A stretch of DNA of 64,000 nt from Amoebidium appalachense. Lineage: Eukaryota; Protista; Ichthyosporea. Under the pieces are notes generated by a model that saw nothing but the letters and a program-made list of their open reading frames with translations, was not told the origin of the DNA and ran no database searches. This document shows positions 1 through 60,759 of the stretch, piece by piece; positions within the stretch are counted from its first letter, which is position 1; each line of letters opens with the position of its first letter. The stretch is from positions 8,241,312 through 8,305,311 of the forward strand of contig CAVNZM010000003.1 of the NCBI GenBank assembly GCA_963693365.1, in the 5' to 3' direction. A program made the position numbers and the translations under genes.

Positions 1-3982
<3,982 letters not shown>

Positions 3983-5411
3983 TTCCAACCTTTTTCTTGG
4001 TAAGAATGTGAATTGCTAAATACGTCAAAGTGTAAAAAATGAACATTTTGTGCTGCAAGCAAAATGTGCGGCTTTATCGCAATCGATTCTGTCGGATTAC
4101 GTAAGCGGGTTAGCGCGACTGATAGGCCCACTGGCGTCATGCTGCTAAATATAAGACATAAACTATTTATAGTCACAAGTCTACGCTGAGTTCTCTAATA
4201 CTTCCAATCCCCGGGGTTTACAGTGTCCGCGGTTTCTTTTTCGTTTTGGTATTAGTAAAGGTCAACCAAAAACCAGAAAGATTTTTCGATTGATTTTTAT
4301 CCGCCCAAGTAATAAATATAAAGCTATTGGGCTTAGCGTGGACTTGCGCTACATAATAAAAACGGTTCATGGTAAGGCCTGCAAAAAGTTTTTCCAGAAA
4401 CCAAAAAACGAAAATCACACAGATTGAAAGTTTACGGAGATGCTGCGGCTCAGATGTTAGCCAGTCAGCTGCCAGAGTGCGCATTCCTAGGAATAAAATA
4501 TTCGACCACTCCATTGACTCCAACACAGGCACGCGTGCCGTACTGGTGAAAAGATTCCTCTAACTCTGAAGGGTGCACTGCCTCGTAACTAAGTATACGT
4601 GTGTATATACGTGGGTGGTTGAGTGTTGGTACATATGTCTCACTACGCTAGATTATTAAAGGAAGTGACGAATTGGGGGGCATGGCCCATGCATGGTTTG
4701 GTCAGCTATAGATAATAACCCTTAGTTTGAGCCTCTTCATACTTTGGTTTGAATGTGCACGTAGGTTTGGTAGGCAAGTTGGGCAACCAACGAGTAGGAT
4801 ATTTCCCTGATAGCCATACATACGTGAATTCAATACTGTAGCGTGGTGGTCACTTAGGTGTCACATTTCATAGCTACCTGTACATTTACCCAGCAGAAAG
4901 GGTTTTCATAGAGCGTGCCGGCATGGCTATAAATAGCAAGAAGAGGCTATGAGGAGGGCACGTATGTTGGACTGAGCCCAAAACAACATTTATGAACCAT
5001 GGATGCAAAACCTGTAAGCGACCTTGCAATGACGTTGTGCGTGTTCGAACACTGGCGTATGAGGGGGTTACAAGCATTAGTTGATGTGGCTGGGGGGTAG
5101 CATGGCGTGTATAGGAAAAATGGAAGCACATGGTGGGCTTTTTTTGCTGGCTGCCAGAGGTAATGGGATTCCTTGGGGCAGACACCCGTGGTCCGACATG
5201 GCATTCGGCTTATAAGTAGAAGGAAAGGGATCATTGCGCTTTATTTTTTTGTGCAGCCAGGAGCTCGCATCTCTTTGCCCTTTGTTTCACTTAACAATGT
5301 ATAGTAATGCGGGACATCATTCATTGTGTGGATTATAGGTGTTTGCCCAGTGCTGTCATACCAGTTATTATCTCGCTTGTGCCAAACCCTCACGCCGGTT
5401 GTGTGTGGCAG

Positions 5412-48223
<42,812 letters not shown>

Positions 48224-49377
48224 AACCTTCCCTACTCTGAAGAAAAGATTAGGGGGGTTCATGTGGAAAAGAGAGAACCGTTTTGATGATAGGACAAAAA
48301 GGGGGGGAGGGGGGGGGGGGAGGGGGGGGGAGGGGGGGGGGGGGTAAATGTAGGCAGGCCAATGTATGATGTGTGAATGGATTAAGGTGTATCTGGTTGT
48401 ATGGTTATTTTAATACGTCAAATTTGAGAATTTCAGAGGAAGGTGTTTGAATGCACACTTAGAGTATGGGTGAATGCGAGAAATTGCTGTAGTGGGCACT
48501 TCCTGGTAACCATGGATGATAATATGTGGTTCATAAAGTTTTGATTTTTTTCATTTTTTTTTTCATTTTTTGGGGGGTTTTGTGCGATATGGGTGCGCTT
48601 ATGGTGGGGGGGGTCCGTACCATATGCCAAGTAACTTGAATAGTTGCTCATCTATTGTATCTGCTCTTTCATATTTTTGGGTGGGTGTTTGGGTGGTGGG
48701 CATTTGAGAGCATACATGCGAAGGTGGTTCTTTATTATGATTTTGCGACCGCTGAGCTGCGACTATAAGTAGTAATACGTGAAGGCTATAGTGCATATTA
48801 TATTTATTGTGATGAAATATTGCTTTTAATATCAACAGGTTTTACCTGGTATAGGATAAACCCACAAGCACTAATGGCTAATGTTTAGTGTTTTCTTTGA
48901 AGGCCTAGTGGTAATTTGCCAACTTCTGAAGGAAGAAGCTGTTAGCATGTCGCTCATGATAGTTACTTATGATATATAAATTAATAGTTCAATTTGCAAT
49001 GAAAATGTTAGAATAGAACCTAATTTAAGAAACCAATACACCTCATCAGAAAAATGCAAGAAATCAAGAAATGTCTTTTGCCTCTGCGTGTCCACACCTG
49101 GATATAATTGAATTTCTTCCATATATACAAGACGTGTAATGTATACACAGCAAGTTGAAATTCTCTCTCATAAACATGATGCTACCGTTGATCATGACTG
49201 CTCATGACACGGTTTTCGGTCCTTTGCCCTCGTAAATTTGAAAAAGTTTCACCCCAGCAACCCCCCCCCCCCCCCCCCCTGGGATTGGACCCGGCAGTTC
49301 AATTCCTTGAGACGTCCAATTTTTCACCCTCCAATATCTATCTCCAGGTCTCGCTCACACATTCCCTGCCCTTCCCC

Positions 49378-49508
<131 letters not shown>

Positions 49509-50508
49509 AGCTGCAGAATAATCGACGGTTGCTGCGATTTATAGAATTGGGCTGTAGACATAGTTTTGGGACAGACATCATGAACGAGAATATTTCGAAA
49601 TATCTATCACAGCTTCAAGATCTAGCGTAGCTGGCACTACCAAGCGCGTAACCATGTGTACGCACAACCCATCCCCCCCTCCCCCCACTGGCACACACTC
49701 ACACCCACACACACACACGTGTGTACACACACAGAAGCACCGTGACACAGACACGCAAACACATACACCAAAACAAACAGACGCAGACATGCACGCCCGG
49801 ACATGCGTGGTACACACGCACACACGACGTACACAGGCAAATAGACTGTACACCAACTCGTTGCTACTGAACACTAATGGCAAAGGCACACCTCTCAAGT
49901 CTCCCCTGGGCCAGTGTTAATCGTTCTCTTGCGTCTGTTTTACCTGTAGGCACGTTTGACTGTGCCCTTACCAAGAATGTGTTTTTATAGACTAAGTTTA
50001 GAGAGTGTGTGTCTCTGCGTGTATCTGTGCTGCCAGGATCTCACATCAACGTGCGTCTTGTTGGGCAAAAAAAAGCCCTTGGTCCACATACAAGCACCAA
50101 AGAAACAAACCAATTGCGCCAAATCGAACATACCCTTAGGTAAGGGGTTCTCACTGATAGAGAGACTCGATGGGCGTCATATCCATACGCACGATCAATT
50201 GTTTATTTATTAATAGCCACGCTAAGGTATTCACCCAAATGATTTCCGGGCCTTTTCTGATCAACCCCACCAAAGGCTCTCCCTCCACCTACCATCCCAC
50301 CAGGCCCCACAAAAGCTACATCACAAACTACATATGGCATACATACCTATTCTTGTCTAGTCTCTCTCTCCCCACCCTACCCCACACTCCCTCTCATTCA
50401 CTATGACCTGATGGAAGCAACTAGAAGGTGCCAGGCAGGATGATGATCGGTGTGACCAGCACACCGGGCACACACGCTTGCCCATAGTCACGGGCCGGGC
50501 CGGGCCGG

Positions 50509-51994
50509 TTACTTGCCGCCCAGGGTTGGGAATTCCCTCGCATCATTGATGGAGATAGCGCCTCCTCGAGGTGCACCCTGAGGGCGTTCGCTCCTGCCCC
50601 GGCCACCCTCACCCCCTCGCCCACGGCCGCGCGACTCACCACCCCGACCACGCCCGCGCCCACGGCCACCGCTGGGTTGGGCGTCATCGGCATAGTGGAA
50701 GGCAACATCGGTGATGATCTTTTTGCCCTCACGCTGCACGGCGGCCTTCTGCTTCTTCTCCTTGCCGGCAAACAGCGCATCAACCTGCACAGGCAATATG
50801 ATTGTTGGTTGGTTGTTGCTGGATATCATGGCGAACGTGCCTGTTTGCAAGGAATGAGCCCCCCCCCCCCCCCCCCCCCCCAAAAAAAAACCCTCCCGGA
50901 CACACGCACACAAAAAATTTTCTTTTCTCCTCCTTGCCTTATTCCCCACAGTTCCTGAGCTGCCCCCCCCCCCCCCCCCCCCCCTCCCGTCCTCGCAATT
51001 ACACGCAGACCAATCCCACCATCCTCCCCTTACACGTCCCATCAACAAGCAAAGCAATAGATTCTGCCAAAAAATCCTGCTCTTTCGAAAACCGCCCCCC
51101 CCCCCCCCCCCGGGGGGACACGTCAGGCACGACCAATACACCCATGCAGCATGCAAAAAAATCCCTGCGGCTCACATCTGGACACAAACACCTTTCCCAC
51201 CCTTAAAGCACATCCTCAGCCTTCTTCACGCACACATAAGCACTACAACCACATAACAGCCCCCCCCCCCCCCCCCAAAAAAAAAAAACAACACAAAATC
51301 GCCCTTCAATACCAGTCGCAATCCCCCCCCCCCCCCCACAAAAAAAATTCCGGTTCCCGTTCCCCTTCTCACCCACCATAAGCACACACACACACACACG
51401 AACACACACACGAATACGCACACATACCTCCTCCTCCTTCTTCAGCAGCACTGTGTTCTGCCACTGCTTGGCGTCCTCTCCCTCACCAGCCTTGCGCACC
51501 TCCAGCTTGAGCTCAGCCAGCTTGGCCCTGTTCTCCTCCTGCTGCTTCTTGTACTCCTCCATCGTCAGCTGAACCTCCTCGGGCTCAGCGGGCTTGACTG
51601 GAACCAAACACACAATACATTTAGCAAAAAGACAAAAAGCAACACAGAAACAATCATACGCTCAGCAAAACAGAAAACAGGTGTGCCTGGAAGCATTGTC
51701 TCCTGCCTCCCGTCCTCACCGTATCAAAAGAATTACCATAACACTCTCTTAGTCCTCCCCCTTCAGCCTTTCAAACCACTCTACTAGCACCTAGTTTCAT
51801 TAACTCGTCACCTTGGAAATCTCTCTCCTCACACTTTTGCTCTACTCAGTCCACCCTTCCAGGACCAGCTCTCAGTATTCCAACCAGCACAACCAACACA
51901 CCCCTTTAGCAAAACATCGCCAAAACCTACAACCAATCCACATCCTCCTCTCCCCTCCAAAACATCCCATCTCCCTCAGTCCCCCTTCCATCCC

Positions 51995-52025
<31 letters not shown>

Positions 52026-54430
52026 CACATACCCTCCTCAGTGGTTGTAGCCTCAGCAGCCGGGGCAGCCCCCTCGGCACTCTCTGCCGGGGTCTCTGCT
52101 GGCTTCTCCTCCCACCCGGCAGCAGCGGGGGCCTCGGCAGGGGCAGCCCTGAAAAGTGACACGTGTCAGGACATGTACGATAGTGAAAAAAGAACTATTG
52201 TGCACAGAGGATGCAGGAACATGGGGGACGGGAAGGGGGAGGAGGGAGGGGAAGGAGTTTGGTTCCAAACCCTTCGAACGACAAACACAGCCTCTGCCAA
52301 TGCCCAGGAACCAGTCGTGCGAGGTGCCACGAAGCGCAGCACTGCAAGAGTCCCCCCCTCCCCCCGTATGCACTCCATCTTCCCTCTCTCCCCTTTCTCC
52401 CCCCACAAAAAAAAACGAACACACACACGCCATCCACCCACCAGCACGTGTCTCCTTCTTGACCTACAAACAAGCACACAAAGACGCACACACACAGCAA
52501 CCAAATGTGCAGACTCAATACCATCCCCCAGTAGCCACCACCTCGCCCTCCGGCTCCCCCCATCCACCTCCAGCCGTCTCCTGGGGGGCCTCGACCCACC
52601 CACCACCACCACTCTGTGTCTCCTCCACCGCCCACTCAGAGTTGGGAACCGATTCATCCTCCCTCACAGACCCATAGCCGTTGCCTCCCTGCACCGTCCA
52701 CCCGCCCTCGTCCCTGATGGCCATTGGTTATGTCCCCGTCCCAAGCTCCGAAGTGCTTGCATTTGAGCGGCGATGCAGTGCAGGAGAAGCGAGTCCCCAT
52801 GAAGGGACCCACGCAGAAGCCGTGTTTCGTTTGTGAATTGAGGAAGCTGATTTCGGGTCCCCATGGAGGGACCCATGCAATGAGATGTGAAGTGTCGGGC
52901 TTATGTTCGACTTTGAGAGCTGAGCCATCCAACGCAGGAAAAGCTGCCTGAAACTCGCCGTCAAGCGAGAGATTCGACCATCGCATGTTTTCCAAAACTC
53001 ACCTCCCCATCAAGGGAGTTGCTGCGTCCATCTATTCCGTTCTCCAGTTCCATCCTTCCACAACGGCGGTGCAGAATGAGGGTGATTCCAAGTCCTTGTG
53101 AAAAAGACCAGCGCAAAACTTACACACACATCATGCAAGAAAGAGCACGCATGCACGCAAACAACAGAGCACTTACTCAGCGCCCTCGGTCTTGCTGCCC
53201 CAGTTGTGGGCGCCCTGGCCGTCACGCTTCTCACCGCGCTGACCCACACGACCACATTAGTTGAAATTATAGGTAATATGTTGTGTTCTGTCAGGGGTTA
53301 TGTAACGATGAAAGACAACTCCTCGTCAAACCAGAGGAAATGTCGGATCGATCCTCCCAATCGGCCATCTTCATTTTAGTGATACAACTTCCAGTAGATG
53401 TCTCACATTTCCCGGAAGTGGTATCATCTACATACCCCACTCTTCCAAATCGTAGCATTAACCACCTGCCCACCTCCTCCTCCCCCCTCCCCCCCCCGGG
53501 GCCCATCCCCCTACCCACCCATGCCTGAACCAACCGCACATGTTCTCCTCTTTTCTTTACCTTGTCATCGCTGCCAGGGCGGCCACGAGAGTGGCGATCG
53601 AAGTTGTCCCGGCGGGGAGGGCGGTCGCCATTCTCATAGCGGCGTGGGCGGCGCTCCTCACCCTCGGGGGTGGCAACCTCCTCACCCTCACGGCGGGCAC
53701 GAGGGGGCCTGTTCCCACGGTCCCCCCCCTCACGGTAGGGCCGGCGCTCGCCATCGCCACGACCGCGACCACCACGGCCACGGCCGCGGTCACCGCCGCG
53801 CCCACGGTCACCACCCTCGCGGGCTGCTGTGTGGGTGAAGCAAATTGTAAGGATTGTGCTATCAACACCCAAACAAGGACAACAAAGATGGCCAGGATCG
53901 GACGTTAAGCGGGAAAAAAAGAGTCGCCAGCGACATACGTGCTTAAGAATCACTATGAACACCTGTTGGTTGATATGTGAGGTCTTCTAGCCCCCCGCTG
54001 TCAAAATCTTTGGACTACGATTACCGCATAATTGATGGAACCAAGGAAACGGTTGGATTTGTGACAAACGATCAGCGTCTTCTGTGACAGTATTTTTGTG
54101 CAATACTTGTGTACACATACACAATACAATGGAGCCTTCCGGTAGAGAACATGAACTCATCAACTGTGATGACATCACTGACAAGAGTTCATTATCTATC
54201 TCTCGTATCCCCCGGATATCCTCTGTAATCCTTTCTGTATCGCCCCCACAACAACGCATCTTTATATAAAAAAAGGCCGTACCAGGGGCCGGGCGAGCCT
54301 CGGGCTTCTTGGCAGGGGCGGCGGCGGCAGCCGGGGCCGGGGCAGCGACCTTCACGGGGGCCTTCACCGAGTCAGTGGTGGAGGCATCATCCTCGAGCAT
54401 ATCGAAGATGTTCTGCGAGAGGACAGACAT
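50509..54430 (-). CDS. SERBP1: SERBP1/HABP4 (PAI-RBP1, Stm1/Vig-like) RGG-rich mRNA/ribosome-binding protein
   Basis: Exons (minus strand): 54430-54283, 53826-53561, 53238-53177, [52713-52522 candidate cassette], 52148-52033, 51597-51428, 50784-50509. Kozak-like gccaccATG; N-terminal NIFDMLEDD; FDRHSRG...KRDGQGAHNWGS; QLTMEEYK...VRKAGEG; RGG boxes; C-terminal EFPTLG. 345 aa, or 409 aa with the cassette. Confidence 0.9.
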
Positions 54431-54442
54431 GGTGGCGGTACG

Positions 54443-54697
54443 CTGCAGACGAAAGGCCTAACAAAAAAGAAAAAAGGATGCAGCGATATTGCTGCTGGCA
54501 CGAACAACCGTGCCTGGATGCCTAGCGATACAACTTGGATGGGGAACGGATGAACTGGAAATAAACAGCCGTGAGGAAAAAACACAAACAGCAGAAACGT
54601 AAACAGCCGCACACAGAAAGACAAGCGAGCCAGTAGGGGCGCGGCGCCTAGGCACGCCCCACCAATCAAACGAGGGGAGTTAGTGGGATCCACTTAC
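54443..54697 (-). other. Probable 5'-UTR intron of the SERBP1-like gene
   Basis: Minus-strand donor G|GTAAGT at 54697; pyrimidine tract and TGCAG acceptor ending at 54443, 12 nt before the ATG. Confidence 0.6.
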
Positions 54698-55079
54698 CAA
54701 ATTGAGCGCACGGTTACCATATTGGGCAAGTCAACACAAGATCTCTATTCCGATTGGCTGCCTGCTCCCACCCTTAGATCTCGCGTTCACGTGTTGAACA
54801 GCTGAGCTCGCTCAGCTCGAGCCCCGGACACGGCCGCGGCCGCATGCAGCTCAACTTGCCTGAGGTTGGGGCCTGGTCGACAAATAAAACATCGGAAAAC
54901 CATGCGTGTTGAAGGCCGATGTATTGTAATACATGTGTGGTGTAGTTCTATGAACAAGCAAGCTGTGATAAAGAGAGATTGTAAGACCAAACTAAGAACT
55001 TAAATCCAAAAACAGCTGTAAGAAGGTCAGGTTGTTTTGCACTCAGTTATTGAAAGGTTTCTCTGTGTGACAGTTAAAA
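54698..55079. promoter_or_regulatory. Probable bidirectional promoter region between the SERBP1-like and NNT1-like genes
   Basis: Head-to-head genes; microsatellite-free; GC-rich patch; ATTGG/CCAAT motifs at ~54721 and ~54753. Confidence 0.5.
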
Positions 55080-57987
55080 ATGGAGACCCATGCAAGCACA
55101 GACAACACAATAACTCTGGAAAAGCAAAAACCAAACGAGAAGAGAATATGGAAGGAGACAGGACCTGTACTTCGCATCAAACAACTAAACACCAGGTTGG
55201 AAACTTGTGACCGCAGTAAACTCGGACAGGAAACCGACAGCGAACAAGAAAAACCCGAAGATGGTCTTACTAATGATACAGAAGATATTTTTGAAGAAGG
55301 ACTAGGTGTATTTGGAGATTCAAAAGTAGCACACGGCAGAGATGGGGCCGCCTTTTTCTACAAATTTCCGGAAAACTGCAAGTTTGCAGAGGGAACGGGT
55401 AACAAAAAAGGATTGTACATCACCCTGTCCGAGGATAAAAACATGACTCTCTTTGCACACTACGTTTGGAATAGTGCACTCATTCTCGGTGACTACTTGG
55501 CAGAAGATAAAGTTTCTTGCGCAAACGAGCGCGTTCTGGAGTTGGGAGCAGGTTCGGGGCTGCCCTCTCTTATGGCGGTTTTGAAAGGGGCCGAATCGGT
55601 GGTGATTACCGATTACCCAGAACCAGCTGTAATAGCAAACCTCAGAGAGAACGCAGAAAGAAATTTGCCTGCTGTTTTCCGGGGGAAATGGGCGGTGGAG
55701 GAGCACTGCTGGGGTGAATCAGTCGAGACACTACTGAATGCAGGTAAGAAATACTGCCATCCCTTTTTCCGTGAAACTATCGATTGCGAGGGGAATGGGA
55801 GAGTGTGCCCTGCACACACGCGTATGCGTGTTTGTGTGTGTGTGTGTTTGTGTTGTGTTTGTGTCCCACGGGGGAAGGGGTGGAGGCGGGGGGAGGGGAG
55901 GGGAAGGGAGGGGAAAGGGAAGGGTAGTGTGCCGAGAGCCACGCTAGATTTACAGAGAGAGAGAGAGTGGGTCATGCAACGGACCGGGGGAGAGCTGGAA
56001 GAGTTTTGGGGGGTAGGTTGGAAGGGGACGGGGGGGAGAAGGGGGGGATAAAAGAGAGTGACGGACGGGGAAAAGGAGGTAGAGGAGGGGAGGGCCTAAG
56101 GAGGAGGGCAACTGGGGGGGGGGGGGATATGAGTGTGTTGTGTATGTGGTGTCTACAGTTGGTGGGGTGATAGTGGTGGTGGTGTGTGGGGGGGGGGGGG
56201 GGGGGGGGTGGGGGGTAGTGTATGTGTCGTCTGTGCTTGGGTGGTTGGTAACAGTGATTGTGGGGGTGTGGGGGGTAAGGTAGTGTATGTGTTGTCGGTG
56301 TTGGGGAGGAGGGAAAAGGGTGGGGGGATATGGTGAGGGCGTAGAAGTGTGGGGGTGATGGGGGAAGGGGGGGGGGGGGGGGGGTTAGGTGTGAGTTGGG
56401 GTGTTGATGACAATGGTTGTGTTTGTGGAGGTGGAACGTGTGTGTATGGGGTGGGGGGGGGGGGGGGGAGGGAGGGGGGAGGGGGGAATCTGCCTCGTTT
56501 GGGTTATGCCCGTGTATTTGGGGGTATCCTGTGGGTTGATCCTCTCCCCCACCCCCCCCCCCCCCCCCACCCCCCTTTTTCTGCTGCACTTTCGAGAAGA
56601 AAATGATGAAGAAATGGATAGATGTGATGGGAGGAAGGGGAGGAGGGAGGGGAAGGGGGGTGGAGGACGGGAACAACGGGGTTCCTTGACACTTACATGG
56701 CCTGCGCCCGATAAATTGTTCTAAAAAAATCCCACCATTAGCAATTTATGACGTGCACCACACCATCTCCCTCCCCCTCTCCCCCCCCTTCCCCTCCCCT
56801 CCTCCCCCCCTTCCACTCCCCTTCCCCCTCCCCCCTACTCCCTCCCTGCCCTCCCCAACCCCCCTCCACACACACACACACACACACATGCAGCGCTGCA
56901 ACCGGGGCGCGTAGAGAGGCGGTTTGACAGTGTTTATGTAGCGGACTGCCTATGGCTGCACTATCAGCATCGCAATCTATTGGCCACGTGCCAGCAGACG
57001 ATTGGTCCACAGGGCAGGGCGCACGTGATCTTCTGTAACCACAGTGGGGCCAGTGAGTGGATGGGGTTTTTTGACGCGGCAGAGGCTGACTTTGGCCTTG
57101 TTGTGGGTGTGTGTCCCCCCCCCCCCCTCTCTCCTCCTCCCTCCCTCCTGTCTTCTGCCTGCAAGCTTAAATCGTTTGATTTTGGATTTCCCACTTTTGT
57201 GACGTTTTGTTGTTGCTCTTTGTTGTCTCCTTCATATTTCCAACCCTCTAACACATACATCCCCCCCCCCCCCCCCCCCCCTTTCCCTCCCCCCCCCCCC
57301 CCCCCCCAAAAAAAAAAAATCTATGTGCGGCTGGCATTCTGGATTGTGTTGCCCTTTATTAATGTGCACTACCTACGAAATATCACATCCAGGCCTCCCC
57401 CCCCCCCCCCCCCCCCCCTCCCCCTCCCCTTCTCCTCCCCATTATGGTTCTTTCTTCCCTTCCCCCCCCCCCCCCCTCCCCCCCAACACACACACACACA
57501 CACACACCCCTCCCCTCGCTTGCATGTGTGTTGTTTTTTTCTTGTCGGCTATGGGTTCGTGTTTGTCGATGTTGCACATAACACTCACCTCACCTCCCAA
57601 GTAAATACGGCCACGTCCCCATCCCCCCCCCCCCCCCCCCCACACACCCATACACATACTTCGGTTGCATACCTTGCGCATGTCCTTCTTTGCATATGAG
57701 CATAACAATACCCGTTGTGAATTTTCACTTCTTACCATGTACCACACACACTACTAACTATACTTCCCTGGACATGTCACCTATAACTGCTCTCAACCTT
57801 ATGTACGCATCTCCATGCAACCTCTCGTATGTTGGTTTTGGCACCGTTCCCTTTGTTTTTCTCTTTCTGCTTGCTCGTGTATTCATAACACAACCACCCC
57901 TGTTCAACATCCACATGCACCCCTCCACGCCGTCAGATTGGTCGGGTGGCTTGGGTGGGTGTATGGCTGGGATATGCACTGTTTTTT

Positions 57988-58022
<35 letters not shown>

Positions 58023-58424
58023 TGTGTGTGTAGAGGAGGGGGAGGGGAGGAGGGGAGGGGGGGGGGGGGGGGGGGGGGAAGGGGGGAAAGCACTGGGAGG
58101 GTGTGTGTACTGGGGAGGTAGGGGAGGGAGGGAGGCGCTTGCGTATATGTTGCCTGTGTTTATGTTTTGGGGGGAGGTGGGGAGGAAGGGCAAGGGGGGC
58201 TGGGCTGTTTAGCCGTGGTCTTTTCAGGGCCTTTTTCTGTGTGTGGGCCTCACCTATCACTCAGAGTGTTTTGTCACCTTTTTATTCTGACCTCACCCTT
58301 CGTTTCCACAGAGCACGTGCACACGATCAAGGTTGAGGGGGCATGGGGGGACCAGTACGAACTAGATGACTACAGCGAAGAGAAACGGACAATCAGGTAC
58401 TTTACACTGAGACACAGGCAGTGA
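55080..58424 (+). CDS. NNT1: Protein N-/lysine methyltransferase, NNT1/EFM7-like (Methyltransf_16/METTL21 family), ~329 aa
   Basis: Exons 55080-55743, 56894-57106, 58312-58424 (phase-1 GT-AG introns). Motifs LFAHYVWNSALILGDYL, VLELGAGSGLPSL, VVITDYPE, HCWG, FDSVYVADCLW...HRNLL, all typical of Nnt1/Efm7. Confidence 0.85.
57149..57260 (+). repeat. Partial copy of the dispersed repeat family (3' half)
   Basis: tgtcttctgcctgcaagcttaaatcgtttgattttggatttcccacttttgtgacg...catatttccaaccctctaacacatacatc is near-identical to 26218-26330. Confidence 0.85.
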
Positions 58425-58482
58425 CGTCAGGGTTGCCTGATATGGAAGGTGTTGGTGGGTGTCATCAAATGGATAGTTGGGG

Positions 58483-58515
<33 letters not shown>

Positions 58516-59002
58516 GGCGGAGGTTTGCACTGATTTATCTTTGTGTATATTGATGTACACGGGTGTGTAGATTCGGTAGTACATAATGATTCATAGGTTA
58601 CTTATGCAGGATCTATTAATTTGAACTTTGGTTGTGTGTAGTGTGGTGGGAACATGGGTGAAAGTTATTTCGTGGGCATGCGTATTAATCTGATCATACT
58701 AGCACGCAGTATAAGTGCAAGGTGAGGGGATTGCCACACTAGAACTTACAGACTCAGCGGGGCGCCATAAGCCAATACTATATTGATGCCATAAACACTT
58801 CCTAATGTAGATGTACGTAATTGCACTGACTTACTAAGAGAATAAAACGTATATGCATGATTAGTGATCGTTTCCCATACAAAACACAGTGAATACCGGC
58901 ATGCAATACGTCCTGCAGCGTGCAAACATTGCACCTGGATGGATTGCACGTTTATCAAGATCTCACACTGTGTTGTCATGTGCATGTGTGTCTTCGTTTG
59001 CT

Positions 59003-59074
<72 letters not shown>

Positions 59075-59841
59075 CGCGCGCGCGGGGGCGTCTGTGTCTG
59101 TCACGGTGTGTGTGTGTGTGTGTGTGTGTGCGTCTGTCACGGTGTGTATGACATTGTGTGTGTATGTGTGTGCGTCTGTCACGTGTGTGTGTGCGTGTTT
59201 AATTGTGTATGTGTGTGTCACTGAGTGTGTGTGCGTGGGCAATGCCCTCAAGCGTGTGTGCGTGCATGCACATATGAGCATGCGTGCCTACGTGTGTGTG
59301 GGTGAGTGTGTGGTGTTCCGGACCTGCAGCAGTGTGTACACATGCCACTGTACCTGATTGTGTGCGAGAATATGGAACGTGGGCATGCCCGTGTGCACGC
59401 CGAGATTTCGATGGACTCCATTGTGATGTCTCTTTTTTGTGTGCACGTGTGTGCGTTTGTGCTTGTGCACGTGTAGCGTTCGCGAACGCGACATTCTGAT
59501 ATTAGGGCTCAACTTAACCCTAGGGCTCATAAGGACCATGTATATTTGAAGAAACTGATTGGTAGAGGAGTTAGAAAACTCTTGAGTAACAAAAACGTAT
59601 ATCATGCATGCATCAGCACGCATGCAACATTGTTAATGTGAGCTAAGGATGCCCATTCCAACAAAAAAAAATGGAGGTGTTTCGGATCGTACCACAAGTG
59701 GGAAAACCCAAACTGCCGTGACCTTCGAATTCCGAATCAAGGAATTTCAAAGTGGATGCCTCATGTTATTCTGCCCGCCCAACACTGGGCTCACCCATGG
59801 TATATATGCGCACACTGACAGGCTGAAGTGTTCAGTACGTA

Positions 59842-59874
<33 letters not shown>

Positions 59875-60716
59875 AATCACTGACATGCCATTACAGCTGC
59901 CAATGCCTCAGTATCATGTGTTCTATATTTGGTGGTAATGGTGGTACCTGGTGTGTGTGCGTGTGCATGTGTGCACGTGTGTGTGTGCACTATTGTGCAT
60001 GTGTGGGTGTTGGGGGGGGGGGGGGGGGGGGAGGGGGGAGGGGAGGCCTAAGGGGGGGGAAGACCGGGAGAGAGGAGGAGGGGCCCTGGAAGGTTCTTTC
60101 CCCTTCCTTTTTTTTCTTTTTTTTTTTTGGGAGGGGGGAGAGATATGGAGGGAGAGGAAGGGGGGGGGGGGGGGGGGGGGAGGGGGGGGGGAGGGAGGGA
60201 GGGAGGAGGAGCAGGGGCAGGAGATCCGAAGAACGGGGGAGAGGGAGAGAACGGATGCCATTGGGTCCCAGGGGAAGAGTCTGACGGGGGGAGTGGTGAT
60301 GGCAGTGAGAGACAGCGGGAGGGGAGCATGGGGGGGGGGGGGGGGGGGGAGGGGGGGGGGGCTCGAGGCCGAACATGGAATAGGCAACATGAAAGGCATA
60401 CGTACACACGTGAGTGTACGATGACGTCACCAATGTGGCTCGCCGGCCAGCGGCTAGAATGGGAGTAGGGGTGATTGCTTTAACCCGAGGGTATGTTGTC
60501 GAATGGGATGGGATGAACGATTGTAATGTTCGGCCCAAGTGGAGCCCTTTTCTCTCATCTATATCTTGGGTGATAATAAAAAATACCTTGTTTTGTGCAA
60601 AAAAAAAAGTGGTGAATTAACCCAGGGACCACAATGAGCCGTAAATCCCTGAAGACCCCCCCCCCCTCCCCCCCCCCCCCCCCCCCACCCCTCCCCCAAC
60701 TACCCACAAACACACA

Positions 60717-60759
<43 letters not shown>

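Noticed and set aside
4369-5411. Myosin start codon / first exon candidates (ATGs near 4440, 4682, 5307)
   Set aside because: None could be tied convincingly, in phase 0, to the acceptor at 5411; left unresolved
49280-49325. tRNA or tRNA-derived SINE (B-box-like GTTCAATTCC followed by a T-run)
   Set aside because: No A-box or cloverleaf could be built
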